Source: a virus (Duplodnaviria; Caudoviricetes). Taken from it: DNA of 61,410 bases. Position numbers and translations under genes: made by a program. Shown here one piece after another: positions 25,372 to 37,500 of this stretch. The stretch spans positions 1 to 61,410 of IMG/VR virus record IMGVR_UViG_3300021425_000037; one strand, 5' to 3'. The stretch's first letter is position 1. Every line of letters begins with the position of its first letter. Under the pieces are notes generated by a model that worked only from the letters and a program-made list of their open reading frames with translations, ran no database searches and was not told where the DNA came from.

Positions 25372-28300
25372 ATGGCAAGACAAGAAGTAGATATCGGTAT
25401 TGAAGGTAATGACGGAACCGGTGATAGTATTAGAGAGTCGTTTCGTAAGGTAAACGAAAACTTTCAAGAGATATATGCAGTAGTTGGTAAAGGCGGACAG
25501 ATTACCTTTACATTACTTGCTGATACACCCGACGATTTAACACCGTTTAAAGGCGATGGCGTAGATGCTTATCTGCCAATAGTATCACAAGATGGTACAG
25601 AGATTGAAATTAGAAAACTAGGCTCCGATAGTGATGAAAATCCTGCTAACATTGATACAATTAGCGTAAGTGTTTCTGAAACTGGTAAACTTATTCTTAA
25701 ACTAAATGCTATTACGGTACAGTCTGATCCTAAACCAACACTAGGCGGACCATTGAATGCAGCTGGTGTTGCTATTGCTAACATAGGCACAACAGAAACT
25801 GACGTTACAAACTTTAATAACATATATGGTACAAGTTTATCACAAGATGATCTAGCAATTGACAAAAAGTTTGCTGATAAGAGTTATATACGTAGACAAG
25901 ATCCAGGTGAAACAATTAACGTACCTGCAGAACTTACAGATGCACTTTCTTATACAAAAGCAATTGACGCTATTCAATCTTTACAAATTAATAATATAGG
26001 ATACACTGGTATTGCACTAATTCCTACACACGGGTTAACACGTGGTTCAGATGGTTCGGCGTATATATTCAACACAGCAGGAACAGGATTAAACTGGAGT
26101 AGGAAAGATCCTGCAACGGGCAATACAATTAGTAGCACAGACGTTGATACTAATGGCTTTTTAATTTACTCACCAATACAAAATGGTGATACAGTTTATA
26201 TTGGTGTACTAGATGCAAACAACTTAGGATTCTTTGCAACAAAAGAAGACGCTCAATTAGAAGATTTAGATGAAAGAAACAATAGACGTTATACCTTATC
26301 AACAACTGATAGTGCGGCTTTAAGCATTACTGATGCAGGGTATGATACAGATTTAGAAGGATTCTTCCTAAGTCATCAAGTAGTACCACGTGATGCTGTT
26401 ACTCGCAGACAAGGTGATACAATGGAAGGTCCATTAACACTATTTGATCATCCAGGTGATCTTGCTGGTGCTGGTACTCCAAACGGACTTGCTGATTTAC
26501 AAGCTGTAACAAAATTATATGTTGACAGTCAGTCAACAGAATCTAGTGCAAATATTTTTGTAAGCACAGTTGGTAGCGATGACCAAAGTGTTGCACCTCC
26601 AGGTAAGGAAGGTAGTTCACTAGCATATGCATACAGAACAATTGGCGCGGCTGCACGTAAGGCAGAACAGATACAAATTGCATCACCATTTGAACCTGGT
26701 CCGTATATGCAGGATATTTTCACTTCACGTGTTGTGGCTGAAGGCGAACCACCAACTGTTGAATTATCACAAGTTACTCAAACAGGCTTTGCTGTAGGTT
26801 CTGGATTAGACAGCAGAGGCAACACTAAAACACTTGTTGAAGCAAACTTAAATTATATTATTGCTGAAGTAATTGCATGGAAAGATGCACAAATTGCAAG
26901 CAATGCAAGTACAAATGTAGGCACAACAACTGTAAACTGGACCAACAGAGTTGTTGGAGATAGAGCATTAGAATTAGATTTGCGTAAAGGTATAACAGCG
27001 GCACTGTTAGATCACATTGCTGGTACACTTGCACAAAGCCTTAGTGTAAGAGTTGGTGTTGAATTTTACAACGACGAATATACTAGATCACAACAAGGTT
27101 TATTAAAAGACGTTTACGCTCACTTATTAGAAAGAGCAAGAACAGTTACAGCAAGTGTTATTACAAACACTCCATTTGCTTCACTACAAACAATTTATAC
27201 ACAAGAAACAATTACATATGGTAGTGATCAACCAGACAGTGATGACGCAGGTAGTGTTACATCAAATATAGCTGTTCAAAGAGATATTGTTACTGACGGT
27301 GTATTCTCAGCACCAGTACCAAGAACAGGTAATAGATACGAATTGTTCTTTAGCAACTCAGTTAACGGTATTACACAAGGTAAAGTAGACCAAGGTGATC
27401 CGCAAAATAGAGACTTACGAGTAGGTAAAGTTATTAGAGGTAAAACAAGTGGTGCTATTGGTAAAATTATTAGATACTTCCCAGGTAATGATAATGTAAA
27501 CAATCCTGGTTCTTTAGATGACCTAGCTGAAGTAGAACTATTATCGGCACAAGAGTTTACTACAGGTGAACAACTTGAAATGGGCAACATTGTCAACAAT
27601 AGACAAATTACAATTAGAATTGAAACTGGTCAATATTTTGAAGACTATCCTATTAAAGTTCCTGCTAACGTATCATTAGTTGGTGACGAATTTAGACGAG
27701 TAATTATTAGACCAAAAGCAGAAGTGTCACAATCACCGTGGGCAACAACTTATTTCTATAGAGACAAACAATTTGACGGCTTGACAGGTGGTAACGACAG
27801 TGTTACTGGTGTAGGCGATCCTAACCTACCAACAGACGGTGAAGCATATATTAATCCGCTAACAGGTGAAACAGATGGTTACTTTGGTAGACACTATCTT
27901 TACAATCCAAATAAAAACAAAAACGTAGACAACGGCGGCGCACTGGCAATTACCAATGTAGGTCAGTATAATGATGCGGCTGTATTGATTGAGAAAAATA
28001 AAGAATTTATTATTGCTGAAAATATTGCATACTTAGACTATGCAAAAGCACAAAGTAATGCAGGTGATACAAACTTCTCAGGCTATGCCGGTGTTGTATG
28101 GAATAACTCAGCAAGAGATAGATATAGAAGAACAGTTGGCAGTTTAATTGATGCAGTTGCAAATGACTTACGTTTAGGCGGAAGTACCAACACATTACAT
28201 ATACAAGGTAGTATATTCTTTGATGGTGAAAACTTTACTAACGAAGCAACACCAAGATACCAAAGCATTATTGCAGCAGGCGATGTAATACAAAATGTAA

Positions 28301-31300
28301 TTATCAACTCTGCATATAATAACTCATTGTATGCAGCATACAAAGGTTCAGATCATCCAACACAGTATATCAACACTAATCTAACAGGTGGCGCGGCTGT
28401 AGCAGGAAACGGTAACCTCGTATATGACTTGTTTGAATTAATTAAATGGGGTAACGACAGTACACCAAACGAAGATTGGAACCCTGCAAAACGTTCAACC
28501 ACACTTGATGCGTTCTTAATGAACGATGCAACAATCCTACGTAACATGACGGTACAAGGTCATGGTGGCTTTATGTGTGTACTAGATCCAACAGGACAAA
28601 TCCTTACTAAATCACCGTACATACAAACAGGTTCAAGTTTTTCACAATCACTTAACCGACAAGCGTTTAGAGGTGGTATGCTAGTTGACGCTTTCTGTGC
28701 TAACACTCCTGTAAGAGTAACAGCGGTAGAAGGCAACGGATACGAACTTTTAGTTACAGCAGACCCAGGAAGTGGTTTAGCAATTAGGAAACCACAAACA
28801 CCTGCACCTTTCTATATTAACGGTATTAGATATCAGGTAAATGATGTTGTTGATTACAACGATGGTGGTTTACTTGCACCAACAGCAAGACTTATCCTTG
28901 ACTCAACATCAGGGCCACCAAGCGAAGTAGATCCAGACGTAAATATAGGTTGGGATCTAGTTGAACTTCCAATACCGGGTGGCGGCTTTGACATTACACT
29001 ACAAACAGCAGGTAACAGATCACAACTTGGTAACGACTTTACACAGGTTAACGACTTAGGATATGGCCTTGTTACTATCAACGGTGGTTTAAGTGAAATG
29101 GTTAGTATGTTTACATACTACTGTCATACAGCCTACTATGCAGGTAACGGTGGACAGATTAGATCACTAAACGGCTCAAACGCAAACGGTGTATACGGTC
29201 TTGTTGCACAAGGTTCAGATCCAAACGAAGTACCAGATGACGTTGTCCTTAAAGATGACATGATGCAGAGTGCTAAAACATTCTCTGCAATTACAGTACT
29301 TGAATTAGATCAAAACATAACTGTAGCCGCAGGAGATACTATTGCTAACGCTGCATCTACACCAAGTGCTAGTGGTGCATCAGTGTTTGCATCTGTAGGT
29401 AAGAAACTTTACCTAGACGGCACAAGTGGCAGTTTCTCTGTAGGTGCTAGTGTATTTGTTAACAACGTAGATAGTGGTGCAGATATAACAGAAGTTGACA
29501 CAACAGGCTACACTAACCTTGAAACACAATTAAGTGTACACGTATACGACTTAGAACATATTCCAAGTAACAAAGGCGAGCTTGATTACTATCACGATGA
29601 CGGTGTAACTCCGTCCAACAGAATTGCACGTTACGAAGTTGCAAATATTCAAAAGATGAATGGTATTTTAGTTGACGGTTATACTATTGACAATACAGAA
29701 TACTCATTTACTCCGGTTGCAAGATCAACTAATGTAAACGGTATTATTGGTAACGATGAATCAGAACCAGTAAGTGAAACAACTGAAGCAGTTATTGTTG
29801 TAAGTAAAGCAAATAAAAATGGCGGTATATACGGCATAAGCATATTTGGTACTGAGAGAGGAGACCACTATAAAGTAGGTGATACATTTAGTATTCCTGG
29901 TACACAACTAGGTGGTACAAGTCCTGCAAACGATGCAACTGTTACAATAACAGAAATTAACAGAAGTGCAGCAAATATAGACAACGGTATACAAACTGGT
30001 AGTATTAGAAGAATGACTATCAGTGGTAGTATCAACAGCATTGCAGGATATACGCCTGAAAGAGATGGACAGGTTTACAAATTAAACTTTAGTACATCAA
30101 ACGATCAATTCGACAATGACGGCTTGCTTGCAGATATTCCAATCAATAAACCAATTGATATTAGAAATAACCAAACACATTTGTTTAGAGATATTGAAAG
30201 TGTAGGAAGTTTAACTATTCGTCCTAGTACAGCGGTTGTCTTTGACGATGACCCAGTTGACACATATAGATCAATTAGTTTTGGAGTTAACGACAGTGCA
30301 GGCGCATTATTACAAGATGACGAATCACTAACAGGATTTGATACTACATTTGACTATATTGGATTATTAGTTGATCCAACATATATTAGCACAACAGGTG
30401 CAACTCTAAGTGTTCCTTCAAGTTCAGCAACACTAGGTAATACGCAAGGTGATACAACTATTGCTATTAACAAACTTACTGAAACAAAAGACATTTGGAG
30501 ACTGAATAACAACTTTGATACAGATGCACAGTTCCAAACTATTCCAAGTGATGATACAGGTAGAGATTTCAGTATAACTTATGAATTACCTAAAGTAATA
30601 TCATGGAGAGGTAAGAAACATATTGTATACAACTACAGAGAAGTTAAAATTGACAGTGGTGTTCATAATGTACAAACCACATTTAGTGAAGATCACACAT
30701 ATGCTGTTGTTGACCTAAAAGAAGTAAGTGAAGTAAAACTTACTCTAAACGAAAATGCAAGTTGGGAAAGAGATGTATTTTACAATCTAGCACAAAGACA
30801 AGTTCTTGTTAGACAGGTTGGTAATACTAGTGCAAACGGTAAAGTTAAAGTAAAACAAGTAAACGAACGTGTGCTTGATTTATATGACTGGTCAGGTGTT
30901 GCATTTAACACAACAGGTGCTCTTGAAATAAGTATTGACGCTGGCGCAACTTATACAACAATGACTGATCTTGCTACTGGCTTGGTAAACATTGTTCCTA
31001 CACTCGTAGAAGTAAAAGAAACAAACGTAACAGCAGTTGCAACAGGTTTATCACAACCAGTTACACAAGGATTTAATGCTCCAATTATTATTAGAGCAGG
31101 GTTACAAGATGGTGCTCCTGCTAAGATTACTATTCAAATTAGTACATGTAGAGCAACAGGACACGACTTCTTAGACATTGGTACAGGGTCATTTAACCAA
31201 ACAAACTATCCAAACGTTATTTTAGGTTTCCCTGCAAGAGAAGCTGATCAAGCAAACGAAATACAAGAACGTCAAAAAGGTAGAGTGTTCTTTGTAAGTA

Positions 31301-34300
31301 CAGACCAAGATGGTTTCTTCCGTGTAGGTAGATTCTTTACAGTTGACCAAGGTACAGGTACAGTTACATTTGCGGCAAGTATTGCATTGTCAGATGTAGA
31401 CGGCATTGGATTCAAACGTGGTGTTGTTGTTACTGAGTTCTCAACAGACAGTGCAATGAGTGACAATGCTAATGATACTGTTCCAGTTGAAAGTGCTGTT
31501 AGAGGATATGTAAACAGACGTTTAGGTTACGACCAACAAGGTGTAGAAGTTAGTAATCCATTAGGACCAAGTGTTATTACACAGAATGGTGCTAAAGCAT
31601 TTACTGGTGATCAAAGCATGGGGCAGAATAACTTAACTGATCTTGCTCCAGTTGATTTATTATTAACATCAGGTTCAACTGCCGTAAACAAAGACTATGT
31701 AGACAGTAGATCAGAAGGTGTTAAGAAAGCAAAAACACTTAGAGATGTAGAAATTAGTACTGGTGATGCAAACCAGATGTTAGGTTTAACAGGTACATAT
31801 TCTTTATACTTAGATGCTAACGCTGGTAACGCAGGCGCATTTGTACCAGGTAAGGTTCTAACTAACAGTGCCGCAACAAACAACTTTGGTACTGTTACAG
31901 GTACATATGACTTTTATGACAATGGTCTTGGCGATGTTGTTGTGGTTTACTTTACAAAAGGACCAGACATTGCTAGTCTTACAGAATACAACTTAAACAT
32001 AGGCAGTGGAACTATTAGTGGACTAAAAGCCAATGCACCAGATGTTTATTCTAAAGCAAGTGCAGGGTCTACAACAACAGACGGACAGTCAAAGTATATA
32101 AATGGACCATTCCAAGAAATTATTAATATTGCTGAGGAACCATTCAACACAGGTACACCTGTAAGTGACATTGGCTTTACAACAAGACGTTTAATTAATG
32201 ACGATGATCCAAGTGATGTATCAAACCCAGATAGACCAACAGCATACTTTGATATGCAGATTAACGATGAAGTTATTGTTAACCAGGATGTGAATCCAAC
32301 AGCGGCTATTGTACAAAGCAAGTTGAACATGCAAGAAGCAGATACTTTTGTAACTTCTGCAGATGATCAAATTGTAATTTCAGCACAAGAAGTTGTATCA
32401 GGATTTACATATGAAGTTGTTGTACAAGGTACAACAGACTTTACAACACTAGGTGCTAGTGCAAGTTCAGCAGGTACAACATTTACAGCAACCTCAAGTA
32501 ATCCAAACATTACTGGTGGCGGTACTGTTAAAAGAATACAAAGTAACATTGTTGTTAAAGACTTAGCAGACGATGACAGTTATGCAACTAACCAAGCAAA
32601 ACTAGGTTTGTCAGCATTTGACGGTGCTAACTTTAAAGTTACTAGAGGACACGTTGAACTCAAAGACAATGGTATACCTAAATCAAAACTAGAGCAAATT
32701 GCTTCAGACACTGTACTAGGTAACTCAACAAGTTCAGAAGCAAACGTTGCAGAAGTTGCATTTAGCACAGTAGTTGATGAAGGTCAAGGTATACAACACT
32801 CTGACTTCCCAACAGCACAAGCAACAGGTGTAATGACTAGAACACTTGAAACAGCAGGTGCAGAAACATACCTAGTAGTTAATGATACTACAACTGGTGA
32901 AATTAACAGTTTTGTAAAAACAGATGGCGCAGGTATTATTGATGCTCAAGGCTATGCTCTTAACAACTCAACTGTACTAACACAAATTGGTGCGGGTGCC
33001 AATGGTATCCTTACACTAAAATCACTACAGGGTGGTAAGAGTATACAAGCATCAGGTGGTCAGACAGATGTAAATGATCCAACTAACGATTCACCAGCAT
33101 ACACAACTGTATTTGGTAATTTAAATGTAGGTGATCTTAAAGATCCAGACGGTACTGACCCAGGTAGTGATCCAGATATATTTGATAGAAGTATTACACA
33201 TACAGCGGCTGATACAGCATTTGATACAGCCAACGGTGTAACAGGTACTGAAACTCCGTTTGCAGCTGCTCAATGGATGTACACTAACTTTATTGAAGCT
33301 CAAAACGAAAAAGGTGATACATCAGCAGGTATTGCAATTGGTGCATACAGTGGTAAAACAGATGCAGGTAAAGTTGCTATTGTTGTATCAAATGCAACTA
33401 CACAAAAGACAATTACTTTTGGACTGTTTGATGCAAATGGTAATGGCACTGACGACCAACTTGCAATTATACCAGATGACGACGATACAACTAATTTAGG
33501 TGATGCAAACCTTAGATATCAAACTGGTTACTTTAAGAATGTTGATATTGACACAAGTTTAACTACAGTAGGAACAACATCAGGTAATATTAAAATTGGT
33601 GTAACAGGTGACAACGAAATTGACACTACATCAGGTAACTTAACTATTGATAGTGCAGGCGGTACAGTAGCCATTGACGATGATGCAACGGTTTCAGGTA
33701 CACTTGAGGTTACAGGAGACGCAACATTTGATGGTGCTGTAACACTTGGTGATGGTACTGGTGATGATATTAGCATAACCGGTTATGTTGCTACAGATAT
33801 TATACCCAAAGATGCTACTAAAGATTTAGGTGATGCAACAAGAACGTTTGCTAAAACATTCACAAGAGAACTAACAACAGGAGCCGCAGCAACAACAGGT
33901 ACTATAACAGGTGACTGGAGTCTGTCAAGTGGTTCTAAACTACAATCAACCTACGCTGACTTAGCTGAGATGTATTCAGCAGACGCAGAGTACGAAGTAG
34001 GCACAGTACTAGTGTTTGGTGGTGACGCAGAAGTTACTACAACTGATGCTAAAGGCGATCATAGAGTTGCTGGAGTTGTAAGTGCTGATCCAGCGTTTGT
34101 TATGAATCAAGACTGTCCGGGCATTGCAACATGCATTGCATTACAAGGACGAGTTCCTGTTAAAGTAATTGGTAAAGTACAAAAAGGCGATATGCTTGTT
34201 TCAAGTGCTATACCAGGTTATGCTATTGTTAACAACACACCAACTGTTGGTACTGTTATTGGTAAGGCTGTTGGAACTAAAGAAGATGATGCTAAAGGCA

Positions 34301-34329
34301 TTGTTGAAGTAGTAGTAGGAAGAGTATAA
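25372..34329 (+). CDS. Giant baseplate/tail-fibre protein (2985 aa)
   Basis: T4 gp9/gp10-like N-terminus (IGIEGNDGTGDSIRESFRKVNENF); beta-helix segments; C-terminal peptidase_G2/IMC chaperone domain (YADLAEMY...IALQGRVPVKV). Confidence 0.88.
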   Translation: MARQEVDIGIEGNDGTGDSIRESFRKVNENFQEIYAVVGKGGQITFTLLADTPDDLTPFKGDGVDAYLPIVSQDGTEIEIRKLGSDSDENPANIDTISVSVSETGKLILKLNAITVQSDPKPTLGGPLNAAGVAIANIGTTETDVTNFNNIYGTSLSQDDLAIDKKFADKSYIRRQDPGETINVPAELTDALSYTKAIDAIQSLQINNIGYTGIALIPTHGLTRGSDGSAYIFNTAGTGLNWSRKDPATGNTISSTDVDTNGFLIYSPIQNGDTVYIGVLDANNLGFFATKEDAQLEDLDERNNRRYTLSTTDSAALSITDAGYDTDLEGFFLSHQVVPRDAVTRRQGDTMEGPLTLFDHPGDLAGAGTPNGLADLQAVTKLYVDSQSTESSANIFVSTVGSDDQSVAPPGKEGSSLAYAYRTIGAAARKAEQIQIASPFEPGPYMQDIFTSRVVAEGEPPTVELSQVTQTGFAVGSGLDSRGNTKTLVEANLNYIIAEVIAWKDAQIASNASTNVGTTTVNWTNRVVGDRALELDLRKGITAALLDHIAGTLAQSLSVRVGVEFYNDEYTRSQQGLLKDVYAHLLERARTVTASVITNTPFASLQTIYTQETITYGSDQPDSDDAGSVTSNIAVQRDIVTDGVFSAPVPRTGNRYELFFSNSVNGITQGKVDQGDPQNRDLRVGKVIRGKTSGAIGKIIRYFPGNDNVNNPGSLDDLAEVELLSAQEFTTGEQLEMGNIVNNRQITIRIETGQYFEDYPIKVPANVSLVGDEFRRVIIRPKAEVSQSPWATTYFYRDKQFDGLTGGNDSVTGVGDPNLPTDGEAYINPLTGETDGYFGRHYLYNPNKNKNVDNGGALAITNVGQYNDAAVLIEKNKEFIIAENIAYLDYAKAQSNAGDTNFSGYAGVVWNNSARDRYRRTVGSLIDAVANDLRLGGSTNTLHIQGSIFFDGENFTNEATPRYQSIIAAGDVIQNVIINSAYNNSLYAAYKGSDHPTQYINTNLTGGAAVAGNGNLVYDLFELIKWGNDSTPNEDWNPAKRSTTLDAFLMNDATILRNMTVQGHGGFMCVLDPTGQILTKSPYIQTGSSFSQSLNRQAFRGGMLVDAFCANTPVRVTAVEGNGYELLVTADPGSGLAIRKPQTPAPFYINGIRYQVNDVVDYNDGGLLAPTARLILDSTSGPPSEVDPDVNIGWDLVELPIPGGGFDITLQTAGNRSQLGNDFTQVNDLGYGLVTINGGLSEMVSMFTYYCHTAYYAGNGGQIRSLNGSNANGVYGLVAQGSDPNEVPDDVVLKDDMMQSAKTFSAITVLELDQNITVAAGDTIANAASTPSASGASVFASVGKKLYLDGTSGSFSVGASVFVNNVDSGADITEVDTTGYTNLETQLSVHVYDLEHIPSNKGELDYYHDDGVTPSNRIARYEVANIQKMNGILVDGYTIDNTEYSFTPVARSTNVNGIIGNDESEPVSETTEAVIVVSKANKNGGIYGISIFGTERGDHYKVGDTFSIPGTQLGGTSPANDATVTITEINRSAANIDNGIQTGSIRRMTISGSINSIAGYTPERDGQVYKLNFSTSNDQFDNDGLLADIPINKPIDIRNNQTHLFRDIESVGSLTIRPSTAVVFDDDPVDTYRSISFGVNDSAGALLQDDESLTGFDTTFDYIGLLVDPTYISTTGATLSVPSSSATLGNTQGDTTIAINKLTETKDIWRLNNNFDTDAQFQTIPSDDTGRDFSITYELPKVISWRGKKHIVYNYREVKIDSGVHNVQTTFSEDHTYAVVDLKEVSEVKLTLNENASWERDVFYNLAQRQVLVRQVGNTSANGKVKVKQVNERVLDLYDWSGVAFNTTGALEISIDAGATYTTMTDLATGLVNIVPTLVEVKETNVTAVATGLSQPVTQGFNAPIIIRAGLQDGAPAKITIQISTCRATGHDFLDIGTGSFNQTNYPNVILGFPAREADQANEIQERQKGRVFFVSTDQDGFFRVGRFFTVDQGTGTVTFAASIALSDVDGIGFKRGVVVTEFSTDSAMSDNANDTVPVESAVRGYVNRRLGYDQQGVEVSNPLGPSVITQNGAKAFTGDQSMGQNNLTDLAPVDLLLTSGSTAVNKDYVDSRSEGVKKAKTLRDVEISTGDANQMLGLTGTYSLYLDANAGNAGAFVPGKVLTNSAATNNFGTVTGTYDFYDNGLGDVVVVYFTKGPDIASLTEYNLNIGSGTISGLKANAPDVYSKASAGSTTTDGQSKYINGPFQEIINIAEEPFNTGTPVSDIGFTTRRLINDDDPSDVSNPDRPTAYFDMQINDEVIVNQDVNPTAAIVQSKLNMQEADTFVTSADDQIVISAQEVVSGFTYEVVVQGTTDFTTLGASASSAGTTFTATSSNPNITGGGTVKRIQSNIVVKDLADDDSYATNQAKLGLSAFDGANFKVTRGHVELKDNGIPKSKLEQIASDTVLGNSTSSEANVAEVAFSTVVDEGQGIQHSDFPTAQATGVMTRTLETAGAETYLVVNDTTTGEINSFVKTDGAGIIDAQGYALNNSTVLTQIGAGANGILTLKSLQGGKSIQASGGQTDVNDPTNDSPAYTTVFGNLNVGDLKDPDGTDPGSDPDIFDRSITHTAADTAFDTANGVTGTETPFAAAQWMYTNFIEAQNEKGDTSAGIAIGAYSGKTDAGKVAIVVSNATTQKTITFGLFDANGNGTDDQLAIIPDDDDTTNLGDANLRYQTGYFKNVDIDTSLTTVGTTSGNIKIGVTGDNEIDTTSGNLTIDSAGGTVAIDDDATVSGTLEVTGDATFDGAVTLGDGTGDDISITGYVATDIIPKDATKDLGDATRTFAKTFTRELTTGAAATTGTITGDWSLSSGSKLQSTYADLAEMYSADAEYEVGTVLVFGGDAEVTTTDAKGDHRVAGVVSADPAFVMNQDCPGIATCIALQGRVPVKVIGKVQKGDMLVSSAIPGYAIVNNTPTVGTVIGKAVGTKEDDAKGIVEVVVGRV

Positions 34330-34484
34330 TGCCAGAAAGTAAAAGCACAAAAGGTAAAAGTTTTACAGATGAAAATGGACGACGATTAACAGTAGTCGCC
34401 AACCGTGGTCCAAGATTACAAGTAAAGGTCATTGGAGATCCTAAAGGAACAGCCGATGAAGCACTTAAAAAAATTAGGCGATAA
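34329..34484 (+). CDS. Small basic protein (51 aa)
   Basis: TAATG coupling; MPESKSTKG...DEALKKIRR*. Confidence 0.5.
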   Translation: MPESKSTKGKSFTDENGRRLTVVANRGPRLQVKVIGDPKGTADEALKKIRR

Positions 34485-34506
34485 ATATAGTAAATAGGAT
34501 GAGATA

Positions 34507-37500
34507 ATGGCCAATAGATTTCCACTAGTAGTAGATACAACAGCAGGTAACCAGTTTAGAGAATTACCGGATGGTGACAATCTTTTACTTACAAACAGTA
34601 GCATTGTAAATGCTCTTGATATACAAGCATTAGGAACAGTTACAGCATCTCAGCTGATTGTAGATGGTACTGTATTTAGAAACGACTATGCCGATTTACA
34701 AAACAAACCTACTATTCCAACTTCAATATTACAGTTAGGAATAGGTGATGGCACAACTGGTCAGTTCCTTACAACAAATGGCGCTGGCACAATTAGTTTC
34801 CAAAATATACCTGTACAAGATCCTGTACTAGGTGGCGACTTATCAGGAACTTCAAGTGCAGCAACAATTAATGCAAACACTATAGGTATTACGGAGTTAA
34901 ATGTAGATGACGGAACTATAGGACAAGTTCTTGCTACAGACGGTTCAGGTAATTTACAGTTTGTTGACATGACCGGCGGTGGCGGAGGTGGCGGCGGCGC
35001 CACAAACTTCTTAGGACTATCAGGACAAATTGGGTTATCTCAAATTGACGATGACTTTATTACTCCAGTAAAACTAAAAGATAACGGCCAAGTACCTACA
35101 GCAGGACAATATCTAACTGTAGCCGCAGGTGGTGATTTTGAATACTTAGATATTCCTACAACTAATCCACAATGGGACGATGTACAAAACAAGCCAACTA
35201 TTCCTGCAACACTTACTGACCTAGGAATTGTAGAAGGTAACAACGGCGACATTTTAAAAACAGACGGTGCAGGCAATTACACATTTACAGCATTTGACAG
35301 TATTGAAAATGTTGAATTTAGTGGTACAACAATTAGAACTGTACCAGACAACAGCAACATAAGTATTGATCCTAAGGGCAACGGCTATCTAACTATTGTA
35401 GGCACAAACGCTGTGGTACTACCGGTAGGTGATACATCACAAAGAACTCCAAACGTTGCAGGTGCTATGCGTTTGAACAGCCAACTAGGAATATTTGAGG
35501 GTTACGATGGTAGTAACTGGAACGGACTAGGCGGAGTAAGATCAGTAGACGGACTAACATATGTTAGTGCTGAAACAACACCAGGTGCAAGCGACGACAC
35601 AATTACTTTTGTTACTAATAGTCAAACAAGTGCAACACTCACAGAAACTAAATTAGAATTAAACCAAGCCGTTGGTGTAAAAATTAAGAGTACACAAACT
35701 GCTGTAGACTTTGAAACAGGTGCGTTAAGTGTAGACGGTGGTGTAAGTATTAAAGGTAATTTGATTGTTAGTGGTGCTATTAGTGTAAACGAAGAATTTA
35801 ATACAAGTGTTAAAGTTGACGCTACAACATTAAGTGGATCACAAACAAATCAGTTCACAATAAGTGCTGCAGACATAGATTATTTTGCAACATCAATGAA
35901 GGTAAGGTTGTTTGGAGCAAGTGCTGATAATATTGATCAGGACCAAGCAAACTTAGGCGTACAAGTAAGTAGAGTCGGCTTTGCTACACCAGACGCAAGC
36001 GGTAATGAAGTTACATTTAGTTATCGTGTTGCACAAATGGATCAAGTTTCAGGTAAGATTAGTGCTGTTACAGCGGCGGCTGATATTACTATTGAACCAG
36101 AAGAAATTACAGACTTTAATAATAATAAAAACATACAAGTAGTTGTAAGCAGAGTTTCAAGTTCACACAACGTATTAATATATAGAAAAGTTGGTTCTGA
36201 AGTTGATTATACATTACACAGTGTATTAGGTCCAAAAGAACTTGGTGTTGCACTAAGCAACATTGTGTTTACAGATTATTATGACTTTGATGTTACTCCT
36301 TGGAGTAAAAGAACTAATCAAGGGCTATTTACTACAAATAGTGGACTAGTACATGTTCCATTAGTAGCACCAGGTAGTCCAAAGTTAGGTTGGTTTGATA
36401 CTGAAATTACAGGTATTGATTCTGATACAAATACACTTACAGTAGCAAATCAATATTACGCAACATCAAATTCAATTGAAGTTGTTATTGACGATACTGT
36501 TGCTGTACAAACAGCGATCGATGCCGCTAAAGCACAAAATAGAAATCTTTTAACATTAGAAAATAGAACTTACTTTATTAAGAGGTTAGAACTTCCAGAT
36601 GGATTTACATTAAAAGGTGGTGGCGACCAAACAAGAATTATTAAACAGTATTGGTCAACAGAACAAGCAACTGGTGACAATAATATTATTAGACCTAAGT
36701 CAGGATACGCAAGTTACAATAACATTACTGTTAGAGATGTACGTATTGACGGTAATGCACAAAACCAATATTTAACAAGTGATACAACTAATGAATATTT
36801 AAACTATGCTGTATATTTGTATGGTAACGATTTACTATTTGAAAATATAGAATTAGATAATCTTGTAGGTGGAGGCATTTACGCATACGATCCGAGTATT
36901 ACAAATAACCTTACTGTACTAAACAGTGAAATTACAGGCGGCGGACTAAGTTATAGTTTTGACTGGTTTCCGTTATTTGCAGATGAATGTAGAACAGTTA
37001 AAATTGCTCACAACACATTTAGAAACTTCCCAGGAGCAGTACGTATTAGTGCTGTACAAAAAGGTATAGTATCACCAAACATTGTTGACAACTGTGGTGA
37101 AGGTATTTTTGCTTACGGTGCTACAAAAATTGTACTAACACCAAACGTACTATTAGGACCTGCTGGTGAGTTTATTGCTAATCCAGACGTGCTTAATTCA
37201 GAGTTCGACAGTATAAACATACTAATTGAAAACGGTATTGACTTTAATAGTCCACAGTATGTATATCAAGAGAATGGTGCGTTTTTTGACTTTACAGCAA
37301 ACCAAGGACGACTAACTGGGTTTATTAATGAACTTAGTAAAACAAATAATGTTGAAGAACTAGGTACAGATTATTCAGAAACACTAGGCGGCGAAGACTA
37401 CATAGCATTTACAAATCCAGGTGATGCAAACGGCAACTTTGCATTCCGTATTGTAGCATCAAGGGTAAATGACTTACTTAGTAGAGCAAGTTATACACAA

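Noticed and set aside
34329-34484. Possible ribosomal protein bS21 resemblance (VKVIGD...DEALKKIRR)
   Set aside because: The similarity is short and the protein ends before the conserved bS21 Y/F-EKPS region.
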